Shown: piece by piece, positions 37,750 through 50,370 of the stretch
How the letters are laid out: each line of letters begins with the position of its first letter
Numbering within the stretch: the stretch's first letter is position 1
Assembly: GCA_002189035.1 (NCBI GenBank)
Contig: NEEC01000018.1
Span: 1,364,001 to 1,428,000, forward strand
Direction: 5' to 3'
DNA length: 64,000 nt
Source: Utricularia gibba
Taxonomy: Eukaryota; Plantae; Magnoliophyta
Program-made: the position numbers and the translations under genes
The notes under the pieces: model-generated
Seen by the model: only the letters and a program-made list of their open reading frames with translations
Database searches by the model: none
What the model was told of the DNA's origin: nothing

Positions 37750-39078
37750 TTACCGTAAGTACAAAGAAACCAAAAACTGGGAGAGGAGTATGAATTCGGC
37801 AACGACAGTTGCCGGGGAGTGTATTCCCATCAGCGGCACAATATCCACCTGCAACCATCCCTCCACTGCTGAGCCTACCACTGCACCAGCCACAAGCCCT
37901 CCAATTGTTATCACAGTTGCCTTCCCTGCAGATATCAACATGTCTGATCAGGTCGGAAAATCTGGTCCAAATACTACTTAGGTTCAAAACATGGAAATCA
38001 AAGCTGTCACAAACACCCTCTAGAATCAGCTATGCCCCCATTCTTAGCTCTATGCAGTTCACTGTATAGATGGAGAGCACTGATGCCTGTTGATGATCAG
38101 TATTCCTGATTAGGAAAGAAGAAGAATTTCTTACCCAGTGTAACTTTTTTCTTGGTCATGAAGTACAAGGATGCTCCAAAGCTGGTGGCTAAAATGAGGC
38201 CAGGAACATCAGCACCGGCATATGGAACGGTAGACGATGATGAGGCTCCATTTGCGTACGTTAAGACCATCAGAGCCCCATAAACACCAGCCTGCACACC
38301 GAGCTGAGAGGTCGTTGGGGACTCGGCAGTGATAGGGGATTGTTTGACAAAATTCTGAAGCCATTTTGGCATTGATGATGTTTTTGTATCTGTCTTCACA
38401 TCTGCATAGCGGACGCTGCTGCTAGATACCTTGCCAGCTCTTCTCTGTGACAAGCTCTGCATTAGCAGCATGTCGTATGCAGCTTCTACCTGCGTGGAAT
38501 AGGATCGCAGTTGCCAGTAAGGGATAAAAGCTAAAGCTTTAAGAGATAACCCATGAAGCAACTAAGTGAAGAAGAGTTCCAACTTATCAGAATCATGGCT
38601 AACATCAATCAGAGAAGCTGATCAGCAAGCAAACATCATGTATCTGATTTAAAGATGCTCAATTTCGAGATTCATAGCTAGAAACCACAGCTTCTCTGCA
38701 CAACCCATGTACCAGGAATGAAAGTACAACAAGAGAAAGAGGAAGAACAGACCTGAGAAACCGCCTTTTCGTCGTCTTTACAAGAGGCAATGATTAAATT
38801 CTTAGCCCGGACAATATCTTCAAATGATGCGCCCTCAGATACGCCCAATACTTTGAGGGCATTCTCCACCGACATCTCAAAGGGGCAGGGTCATCAGCAC
38901 GAGAGCCGGCTCTCAGCGGCGAACGGCGGCGGGTGAACAAAACATCCCATCGACCACGGCGACCGCAGATTAGCATATTAATCAATGGGTCTGAGCCGAG
39001 TCGCCGGAAAGAAGGTGATCTAAGTCCGTTACAGCCGATGACGGCGAGGTGGGGCCGAACGCTGAGAGCTGTGGCCAT
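37750..39078 (-). CDS. CHAPERONE-LIKE PROTEIN OF POR1 / CDF1-like (DUF3353) plastid protein; 1-nt frameshift in exon 1 in this sequence
   Basis: Exons 39078-38753, 38489-38135, 37925-37750. Motifs MSVENALKVLGVSEGASF, VEAAYDMLLMQSLSQRRAGKV, DVPGLILATSFGASLYF. Exon 1 is 326 nt, with CCT TT GAG ATG at about 38880. Confidence 0.87.
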
Positions 39079-39641
39079 ATTCTCAGGGCTAGGAAAGGAA
39101 ACGAAAGGTTAAGGGTGTAAGCAACAAAGATTCTGGTTTTCTTTCATCCAATTGGTGGTGCTTGTAATGAAGGAGATGACGTGGAAGCAATGTCAATATT
39201 GAAGCCTATCAGTTATCACCACCATTCTTTCAGGGTAAAAAGATGAACTGGATGATGGATGAACTGTGAATCTCCCCCAAGTTTTGCAACTTGCGCTTAT
39301 CCAGTCTTTTGGGTCAGCAAGCAACGTGTCACTGCTCCTGCACAGTTGCTTCATCGTTTGTCCTGACATGATCAATCAACACTTATATACAGATTAATGG
39401 CATCTTCCTTCTGTTTCAGTCCACTGGGGTGGATCCATCTTATGTAAAGCATAGCTTTTGCTGCATCTAGAGTGTCATTAAGGAGAGGGGTGAAGGAAGG
39501 TTACCGGCATCTTCCTTCGGCTGCAATTCTTTCACCCTTCTCCCATTCTTTTTTCCCGGCTATGGGGATTCGATCCTCTCTATAAAAAGAGGGGTAAAGG
39601 CGGTAGAAGGGAAGGCAAAGGAAAACTGAAGGTAACCTGCC

Positions 39642-40799
39642 ATGGCGGATTGGTCCATGCTTCCCGCGGATCTCCTGGGGCTCATCTGTCAGCACCTCCC
39701 CACAACAATCGATGTCATCCGTTTCCGATCTGTGTGCGCCCCATGGCGCGCTTCTGCTCCGCCGGGCGCCGCTTCCTGTACCCGTTTCCCTATCGTCCCC
39801 AATTGCGGCATCTTCGATACCAATTGGGGGTTCCATCTCTCCGAACGAACCATCTACTCCCTCCAATCGCCTTTCCCCACCACCAGTACCACCAATTCCT
39901 CATGGATCATCAAAATCGAACGCGACAACCCGTTTCGTATGCATCTCGTGGATCCGCTCGCGAGATCTCCCATCATACCCTTACCTGCTAACTTCCCCAA
40001 ACGCTTCAATTTCATTGATATCAGCGTTAGAGAGATCAGCAAAGAGTACGTACTTCGGTACGTCAGTTTCAGACCCACGGCGAATTCGATTGGAGATTCC
40101 GGAGATGTTTACGGGGAAAAAGTTGCTGTTATGAAAAATCCGGGCGGCGGGTTCGTCCTGGTGACAATTCACGTATCCGGCAGGCTTGCAATCTGTAAAT
40201 CAAGTGACAGAAAATGGCGAGTGGTTTCCAATGATTTGGGGTTACTTCTCGACGACGTGATTTTCAAGCAAGGCAAGCTCTACGCCGTCGACCACACCGG
40301 CAGAACGTTGGTAATGGATAGTGTGGACTTCGACGTTACCCTCGTGATCGATTCAGTTTACGGCGGCGATAGGAAGTATCTGGTGGATTGCGATGGGGAG
40401 CTCCTTCTGGTAGACAAATATCTGACCGGAGGAATGTGGGGAATGGACGAGGAGGATGTGGACGAAGCTGGTTCTGAATGCTTTGCAGGCGAGAGAGCTA
40501 TGAAGTTTGAGGTATGGCGGTTGAATGAGAATGAAGGGAGATGGGAAGAGATCACTGATTTAGGAGACCGCACCTTGTTTCTGGGAGAAAACTCCACATT
40601 TGCTGCAGATTCAGAGACTCTAGGCGACAGCTGCTGGAAGAACTGCATATACTTCATGGATGGAGTGTACAGTTTGGAGCGGTTGAGGATCGAGCTGATC
40701 GATGGAACAGTGAAGAAGTTTTGGCCACCACCCGATTGGGTATATGCAGCAGCAGCAGCAGAAGTAGCAGCAGGAGTGGAGACCATGGAAAGTGGATGA
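39642..40799 (+). CDS. SKIP23: F-box protein SKIP23-like (F-box plus DUF295), intronless
   Basis: MADWSMLPADLLGLI...DVIRFRSVCAPWR F-box; YLVDCDGELLLVD and WEEITDLGDRTLFLG in the DUF295 region. Confidence 0.88.
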   Translation: MADWSMLPADLLGLICQHLPTTIDVIRFRSVCAPWRASAPPGAASCTRFPIVPNCGIFDTNWGFHLSERTIYSLQSPFPTTSTTNSSWIIKIERDNPFRMHLVDPLARSPIIPLPANFPKRFNFIDISVREISKEYVLRYVSFRPTANSIGDSGDVYGEKVAVMKNPGGGFVLVTIHVSGRLAICKSSDRKWRVVSNDLGLLLDDVIFKQGKLYAVDHTGRTLVMDSVDFDVTLVIDSVYGGDRKYLVDCDGELLLVDKYLTGGMWGMDEEDVDEAGSECFAGERAMKFEVWRLNENEGRWEEITDLGDRTLFLGENSTFAADSETLGDSCWKNCIYFMDGVYSLERLRIELIDGTVKKFWPPPDWVYAAAAAEVAAGVETMESG

Positions 40800-41065
40800 G
40801 CAACACCAGTGCATGTAAGTTCTTTGATTTTGTGGATGAGCAGATGTGTATGTTAGACTGCATTGAAAACCAGAATGAAGCTTCTTTTTCGAGAATATGG
40901 ATACATATTCCTTCAGTTTGTAGAGCTACTGCAGCACTAAGATCTAGACACAAAACAAGAGATTCAGGAGGCAATTCCATCTTTGGAACTTGAACCAGAG
41001 ACAAGTATAATCTGCAGCAAATGTACAGGTAACATCTCCTTGAGTCTAACTGTGGAGTGTATGAT

Positions 41066-42895
41066 TCACCTGAGCATTCGACCCGCTTGTGTTATGGGAC
41101 TGATGGTGCCTGGGCTGCTGGGGAAGAGCGGAGAGGAGCAGAATGTGGGAGTGGCGAATGGAGATGTATAAGGCGTGTTTTGGATTGAGAAGGAGCTTGG
41201 AGACATCCTCTTTTGCACAGGCAGCCGCCGGTTGAAAACAGATGTGGTCTCTGCTCCAGAACATTGCTTGATGGCATCATCTACATACAGAACATCATCA
41301 ACTCTAGCGATTATGTTGAATGCCAAGCTCTCCACTACCCTCGAGTAACTCTCCAGTATGGCACGGCCAACATCCTGCAAAGCTGAACCTTGTTACACAG
41401 ATGAAAGGAGGAGTAAAGCGTATCATATTCAGTTAACTCCACCTTGTTGTATTGAATCTTGCACATCTCCAGTGCAGTTTGTGGGAGACCGGGGAACTGG
41501 AGTCTGAGGCTCTGCAAGAGACTCTCAGCTCGATTAGCTAGAAGCTTGTTCCGCCCTCCATCGCCCACAAGTCCCTTGACCTTACCACCCCAAGCCTTCC
41601 TTTTAGATTTCTTATCAGCTGGGATATTTTTTCTATCTTTGAGTTTCCAAACGTGCACTGCAGCTTCGATCCTGTTCGCTGCATCCACTGTATGATGCTC
41701 AGACGAGAAGTTTAGACCATCAAGAAGCGTTTCCGGCGACAAGTGGTCCGCAGTTATGTGGCCATAGATCACATCACCCAGACAATCTCTTGCATTCTGC
41801 AGGGGTAATGTTGAGTGCAGAGCAAATCAATGTATGAGATGAGCTACACAGAGTTGAGTTCTTCCTAATTACCTTCGGCAATGTCTCAGTATAAGCATCG
41901 GGGATCTCCATCTCAGCCAGCACGTTACTGTTTATGGCCATCGCTGCTTTCAGTATCTGGCCTGTGCAATCCTTGCACTGCTGCAAGCTCTTCCGTGAAT
42001 CTTCAGATAATCCCTTTCTAGGAACTCTTGGACATGGAAGCCACCATTTGTTTTCTTGTCTAACAGAAGGGCGCCCGGGAACAACAGACGCGGGATGCTG
42101 CTTGTCATGGTAATCGTCCATTACTATTCCTTGCTCAACGTACCAAAACTCTGTTTCTTGAAACCCATCGAGAGCGCTGATCAGCATGCCGTCGAGCTTC
42201 TTCAACGCCGGCAGATTCATGTGCAGGTCGGCACGCGGCCGTGTTACCATTACTTCGTATGCACCGTCACCTTCAGGTAGACGATGCAGTGAAGGAACCA
42301 GTTCCACAATTGAATCACACACAGAGAGCAACCATTCCATCTCTCTGCACCACATTGCCTTCTTCTGATCAACCACCGGTTCCAGCCTCCAAAGGTCCCC
42401 AAATATCGATGCTAAGATTCGGTAAACTTGGAAGTCTGAGAACTTGGAGATTTATGAGAAGAAACAGCAGAAGAAGTGAAGTTAGAGGTACCAGATAAAT
42501 TGGTTATGGCATTTGAAATGGCGAGCGCCGTACAAACTCCTCTTCCACAGCCAGACATGTCCTCACCGAGCAGCAACTTCGCAAACCTGGCCTTCATCAT
42601 GTCGATTTCTGCAAATAAAAAAAACAAAAAGGATGAATAACCTGCAGCAAGATAGAGTAGGGTGAAAGGAAATCGCAGAACCTGACAAATCAGAGCGATG
42701 TCTAGGTTTAGTATCCCAAGAAAGGGCATCTTTCCCTCCGAGGAGACGGAGACCGGAAGCCTGTGTTACCGCGGCGGAGCTGGAAGGGGCGTCGCCATCG
42801 GCGTCATAGCTCTCCGATTCACTGACGTCCGCGCTGGGACTGTAACTCCCATAACTCTTCTCACTCCCTTCTTCCTCTGAGTAAACACTCCCCAT
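41066..42895 (-). CDS. ROPGEF1: Rop guanine nucleotide exchange factor (PRONE domain), RopGEF1-like
   Basis: Exons 42895-42682, 42608-42492, 42411-41873, 41796-41443, 41374-41066. Motifs [58 protein letters not shown]. Confidence 0.93.
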
Positions 42896-45117
42896 GCCTG
42901 AAATCTCATAACTCATACCGACGGAGCGAATCGTAAGATCTCCCGAAGCATTTTCCGATAACGCGGTAAAAAAAAAAAACTCCGATCGCGGTGGGGGCGA
43001 CAAGTGAGAAGGACGTGAAAAGAGGAAGAGGAAATGTAATGTAACCGGAGGAGCAGCAGAGGAAGTGCATTTATTTGGTTCACAGTTGGTAAAACTTAAA
43101 ACGACAAAGGCGTCATGTCAAGGCCTCTTACCTTACCTTAAACGGCGTAGCCTATTCCTGGCCCCCACCTCCTCCCTGCTAAAATCTTTCTATAAATGCA
43201 CTTTGATCCAAAAAATAATCCAAAATTATCCCTTAATCAGTTTCCATTAATCCAATCAGTTTGTAAATAACACCATTCTTGGTAAACAGATTACGAATAA
43301 AGATACATTTAATACGTTGATTTAATAAAAACATATATATATATACATATTTATTTTTTTAAAGGTATAAAATTATATTGAAAATGATAAAAACATCATA
43401 TCAAATTTCAATTATTTTAAAAAGTTAATCCTTAAATTTCAAAATTATATAAAAGACACATTAAATTGTCAAAATCATTTAGAAAAAATCTAAATGATTT
43501 TTTCGAATTTTTAGGCTAATTCACGTTATTATGAACCAATTCTGATTTCACATTCAATAAAATTTTATGATAACACTTTTCGTATTCATATATGAAGTTT
43601 TAAGAATAAAAAATCTTTCTTAGGGCTATATCATGTTTGCGTATCATGATTTTCAAAATTCGTTAAGGATGAGACAATCAAAAAAGGAAGAATGAAAGTT
43701 ATATATAATATTTATAACAATGCATCATTATATTGATATTAAACATCAAAACCAATTAATTTTAATAATATGGGAGGTTAAAATGTAATTTAATAAGTTC
43801 AGGATCAAATTGTTTACATAAAAAAAAAATTTAAAAGATGTGTGTCACAATTTTGAAACTTTAAACTTAAACTTTTTATATTGTTATAAATTGAATGCCA
43901 CAGGTAAACTACACTCAAAAATTATATCTATTGATTTACATAAACACATCTCCAATTTTTTAAATCCAAATAATTACAACGTATCCATTAAACATAATAT
44001 TATAAAAGTATTTCATATTTTTATCTAAATTTAAATCTTATTACGCTTTAATATTATATTAACATGAATAATAAAAAATAATCCAAAGTACCAAAAATAG
44101 AAACCACTCCGACAAACGGGCTTTTTCCACATTTGTAAATCGTACGGATTTTTCAAAATCAAATAAACGGTTGATATGGTAATAATAATAATAATAAAAT
44201 GGATTATTGGAGTAAAATGTTTCTTTTTATTTTATATATTAAAGAATTGAGGCACGGAAAGTGGAGTGGCGGCAGAGACGTAGACTGTGCCTAGGGACCT
44301 GATGCCCCTCGTGTAGGTCGGCTGGTCCAGCACTTTCACTCTTTTTATTTTATTTTATTTTATTTATTTTATTCCTCCCGGTGCCCCTGCATGTTTCATT
44401 TACGGCACGCGTACCGTACACGACTCTTTTAAAATTATGGAATTAAATAATTATTTTAAAATATAATTAAATTTTTTAATTTCATCCAAATTTATGAATA
44501 TACAAGAAAATGGGTTGAATTGGTTTGAAAATTGTATGGTGCACTGCACCAGCCACTTCTTGCATTAAAATAATGGGGACCCTTTTACTGCTCCAACCCT
44601 CACATGTCATATTTTGATTTTCAAATTTTTGATTTTTTTTAAAAACCACATCTACTTTAGGATTGTAGGTCATAGCTTCCATAAGTTGCTTTTTGTATTA
44701 AAACACAGCTGTTTTAAAAGTATAGAAAAATATTCAAATTATTATAAAATAGGATTAAAAATAAAAGAAATTTATTTTAATTAAATTTAATTTGTATTAA
44801 ACCTGAGAACAAGTAAAGTGGGCGGGCCCAATAGAGGATGGGCTTGTGGCCCGATAATTAGGTAATGCAGTCATGATTTTGAACCGTGAACAGACGGCAT
44901 CTGATTCTCTTTTCGTTTGATGGTAATGGTGTAAAACAAGCGGGAGCGTTCGGTTTGGAACCCTAATTGCTGTTTGATTTCCCTATGAGGATTTGGATTA
45001 TTGGAATTTTGTGGTACTGAGGAACTGCTGAACGAGTTTGTGATGACAGCCTAAGCGGAATTTCGCGCTCATTTCAGTATAGTGCTTTTTTTTGTTTTGT
45101 TTCACAGAGCATTGAAT

Positions 45118-46063
45118 ATGAACGATTTACGGATGGAGAAAGTGAGGAAGTTCGAGGAATTTCTGGACGGCCGCTTGAAGCCTGATCTCGTTCACGCTTT
45201 TGCTCAACGGTAGCTTTTGTTTCCGGAAATTGGTTTTTCTCAAAGTCGCGGATATTGTCAGTTTTGCGGCATTTCCTTTTGCATTTTCAAGTTAGTTTTG
45301 CGGATGCTAGTTAGAGTAGTTTATCAGCTGAACACTGCCTCGTTCTGATTTTTTTTTTTTTTTTTTTTGCATGTTTTCAGTGACAAGGTCCTTGAGCAGC
45401 AAAAGGTTTTGTATCCTGTGTACCTTTATTGTGCAACACGGTCTATGTTAGTCCTGCGTACTTTTCACTTCGTTTCAGGAATACTAGTTGGACTTTCCCT
45501 TTACTACTATTTACTTAGCTCTGATTTGAGAAGAAATATTGAAAACTTGGAGAAAAACAGTGTGACAAGTATGAAGACGTTAGTCAACATTGGTTCTGAG
45601 GTTTATATGCAGGCTGAGGTGTAGGTGATTCCTATCTTACTTCTCAAATCGTTTTTTCAAGGTGATGTTGTCTCACATGAGTAGCTTGTATTGTCTTCTA
45701 GACCTGATACACGAAGAATTTTTGTTGATGTTGGGCTCGGGTTTCATGTTGAGTTTACCTGGTCTGAAGCTCTTGACTTCATTACAACCAGGGAGGAGAA
45801 GTTGGCCAGGTAACCTATGTCATCATTTTTCAGGCAGGGGTGAAGTGAAACAACCCCATTGATGCAAATGCTTTCTGCAGGCAAATAGAGGAGTACACAC
45901 AGTTGATTGCATCCATTAAAGCAAAGATCAAGATGGCAAGCTTTTTCTTTCTTTGGTTAGCTTTCCGCAAATTTCCTCCCATTGCTTCAATGCTCTCACG
46001 CTGAGTTTGCAGGTGTGTGAAGGAATTAGAGAACTGCTTCAGATCCCAATCACCGAAATCTGA
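45118..46063 (+). CDS. UXT: UXT homolog / prefoldin alpha-like subunit
   Basis: Exons 45118-45209, 45381-45410, 45519-45620, 45702-45809, 45881-45935 (GC donor), 46013-46063. Motifs KFEEFLDGRLKPDLV, SDLRRNIENLE, IFVDVGLGFHVEFTWSEAL, VCEGIRELLQIP. Confidence 0.92.
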
Positions 46064-46739
46064 TATCCACTACATTTCTGTGCCTGAAGGAACACAATGT
46101 ACAAACGGTAGCAATGAACAAACTAGTTCTACGGACTTTTGTGATGAGATGTTTCTCCTCTGTCCCTGGTGTATTCGATGTTCGTGATCATTCCCCTTTA
46201 ACCGTCAAGTTAATGATGCTGAGTTCAAACAGCCGCGTCATTGCTCAGGAAGGGAGGAGCATTCAGCAAACACCAAGACTGTCCGTCTGAAGCTCCACAA
46301 AAAGCATGTTTAAGCACACAGAACAACAAGCTGGCTTCTACGCAACACAAAAAGGAGCTTCCTCTTTTTCAGTCTACGCAAAGAAAGCTCTATGAAATGA
46401 TGCAGAAACCATAAGATCCCCGAAACCGCCATTTTAGGAATCCAAATCTTCGATGTGCAGCTGAATTTCACGGTGAATCTAATGAGAACCTGGGAAAGGG
46501 GGCTTCCTCTTATGATTCAATTCAGCAACCACGTAGTCCTCCCGAAAACGACGTCGCTTCGCGATTGTTTATTTTTAATTATGGAATTAAATCGAAATAT
46601 AAATTTAAATGGGAAAAAAAAAGAAAGTGAACGTCGTTTCAGCTGTTGTGCGAAAACAGAGCGTGGCACGCGAATTGAAAACTGAAAACGAGGAGGATGA
46701 AGAATTTTCTGGAGGATTCACTATAGATTCTTCCAGCGA

Positions 46740-48700
46740 ATGGGGAGATGGAGAGGGTTGGTTGCTGTCTCCCATGCGCTCTACGCTATTAAGTCAATCA
46801 ACGCCCCTAATTTTCGCATAAACCCATGTCGGAAATCCCTAATGGCATCACTGCTTTCAGAGCCCAGAAATTGCTTGATGAATTTTCGGTTGTTTTCGGC
46901 GCTTCCATCGCCGTCAGCGTGCGATGGGGAAGAAGATGATCTCAAGATTGATTATTTGAGTGAAGATCATGGTCTGAAAGGGGAATCATGGGAACATGAG
47001 GACGGAGGTGTTAAAATCCCTGTTAAAGCTTTTTTTCTTTGCACAAGGTTTGATAACTTTCACTTAGCTGTTGATTTTTTTGGTCTGTGTATTCCTTGTT
47101 TGGTTATTGAGGGATTCAATTTTGGTTTGTTTTGTTGGCAGTATTGATCTGAAGAATTTGCATGCTGAGAATTCAAGATATGTTATCCCTCAAGCTGGAC
47201 GTGTGTCAAATTCTTTAGTCCTTAGATTTGGTGATTCTTCAGTGCCAAATGTAAGGAGTTTTGTAGTTGTGGCTTTTTTTTTTCTCTTCACTGTAGTAGC
47301 TTTTTGGTGAATGGATTCATTGGCTTCAGGGAGGTTTGGTTGAAGGAGGTGTGAGCTGTTATCGATATATGTTAGTATTTCAGTATGGGTCTGCAGTTCT
47401 ATTCAATATTCAGGATCATGAAGTTGATTACTACCTACAAACTATAAAGCGGCATGGCTCTGGATTACTTTCTGATGTCAGAAAAGATGGTGCATCTCAC
47501 CTTTATTTCTGTTACCTCAAAATGCATCATCTGATTGTCTGCCTACAAGGAATCTTAATTTTTACTACCATTGAGTGTGTTTTTTTTTTTGAGCTCCCCA
47601 TATGTATGGCCTGTGTAGAGTCCTTATCCCTTTTTGTTTAGCAGCTTCAGAAGAAGATTTATTCATGCCAGTTTTGTTCGCTGACATTAACCTTGTGTTT
47701 TGATTTAGATTATGCTATAAAAGAGGCCCCTTTGATGGCTGAGGGCATTAAGGGAGGTCCAGATTACATAATTGTGAAAACTCTGGATATAGACAGCATT
47801 CGTATAATTGGATATGTGCTTAGCCAGAGCATTGCTCTCGATCATTTTGTCTCCCAGGTAAGGTGAACAATGGCCTTTTCATGGCTTATACTAAATCCTC
47901 ACGGTTGTTTTTGTGATATTTGGAACTGAGTATTCAAATGAAATAAAGTATGGTGTGTGCCAAAGTAATGGTAGTTAGAGCACATAATGGCAGGGGCTAA
48001 CAGGGCTTCTTAAAACACTTGAACCTTTGGCATAGATATTCTGGTGCTTTTGGCGATATAATGTATCATTAGCCACATTTTCGTATCATATATATTGATT
48101 AGTTGGTTTCCTCTAAACTGGAACTACATTTCAGGTTGATGGCATGGTTGAAGAGTTTGCAGAGATCAATCGCCGGATGGAGAAAACCGGCACTTTCACC
48201 ATGGCACGGAAGAAACTGTTTCAGCTTTTCGGCAAAGCAAATTCAAACATAGCTGATGTGATTCTTAAAGTTCGCGTATTTGAAAGGTCACAACAGCAAC
48301 AACTAGTCTTCATATGCCTGTCCTATTATTTAAAGCTCTTACTTGTGCTTGCCCGCAGATCAGAGATTGTTTGGAAAGATGCTAGATATGCAGGGCTACT
48401 CGACTACCTTCGAGAAGAATACGAGGTCAGTCAGCGGATCGGAGACCTCAATGTCAAGTTACAATACGTTGAGGTATGCCCACACATTTCTATCTGGAAA
48501 AACTCAGCTACGCTTCATGGATTGCTGTTGAAACCTTCCCTTCTTTCTTTCTGTAGCACAACATCCATTTTCTTCAAGAAGTCCTACAGAACCGGAAATC
48601 CGATTCACTGGAATGGTGCATCATCGTCTTGTTGGCTATGGAAAACATCATATCATTGTATGACATTGTCACAGAGTCTGCTGTCGCACTTCCCGTCTAG
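46740..48700 (+). CDS. RRG: RETARDED ROOT GROWTH-like mitochondrial DUF155 (RMND1/RMD1 family) protein
   Basis: Exons 46740-47047, 47142-47250, 47330-47489, 47709-47857, 48135-48286, 48359-48473, 48557-48700. Motifs VFQYGSAVLFNI, SQSIALDHF, KKLFQLFGKANSN, HNIHFLQEVLQNRKSD.LEW. Confidence 0.9.
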
Positions 48701-49201
48701 AGGCAACGAAGATACAGGAAAACAAAACCCGTCTTCTTTTAAGAGTATGTTACATGGACTCCAACACACTGTCATTGATTATCACATAAAGCTGGTCGCC
48801 TTAGTCATTACAGTAGATCAGATTCCAACCCTTGATCTCACATTTTTCCCCGGATTACGATCCATGTATTGTTTTTGTTTTATATCTCAATATGATTCCA
48901 GCATTGTAGTTTTTTTTTTCTGTGTTACTGAACAATCTGAAACTATGTTTTTAAATGGAATATGAAATTGGGTCCTCTGTTTCTGGGCAGCTTTAGCTTC
49001 AATGCATATTTTCGCCTTCTTGAAGCTCAAAAAATAACGTGCAGTTCACAACAGTACCTCAACTCGATCATTCTACAGGAAAACCATCATCAAGTTGATT
49101 ACAACATATCCATAGTGGTCATGAGTCGGGCCAATACAAAGCGGCTACTTTGAAAACTATCATGCCTCTATTCTAATGAGACGTCTACACTTACCGAAGA
49201 A

Positions 49202-50079
<878 letters not shown>

Positions 50080-50370
50080 TTATAAATATATTTAAACTAA
50101 TAAAATAGAAAAAATAATAATAATTGTTTTTTTCTAAACAAAACAAAACGCACATGTTTTGAAAAAGAAAATAGGCATGTGGTAACGTGGGTGAACTCGA
50201 AATCCTAGTACACTCGACCTGTCTGGTTTTCCTCCCAGGCCCCCACTCCATTTGTTGCCCCTGTTTTGGCTTACTGAGATCATGGTGTCTGAAACAATGG
50301 TGCTTGCACGTTTATCTTGTGTTTTATTTGGAGCTATGGGTGACGCCATTGATGGTATACCATTTCAAAA

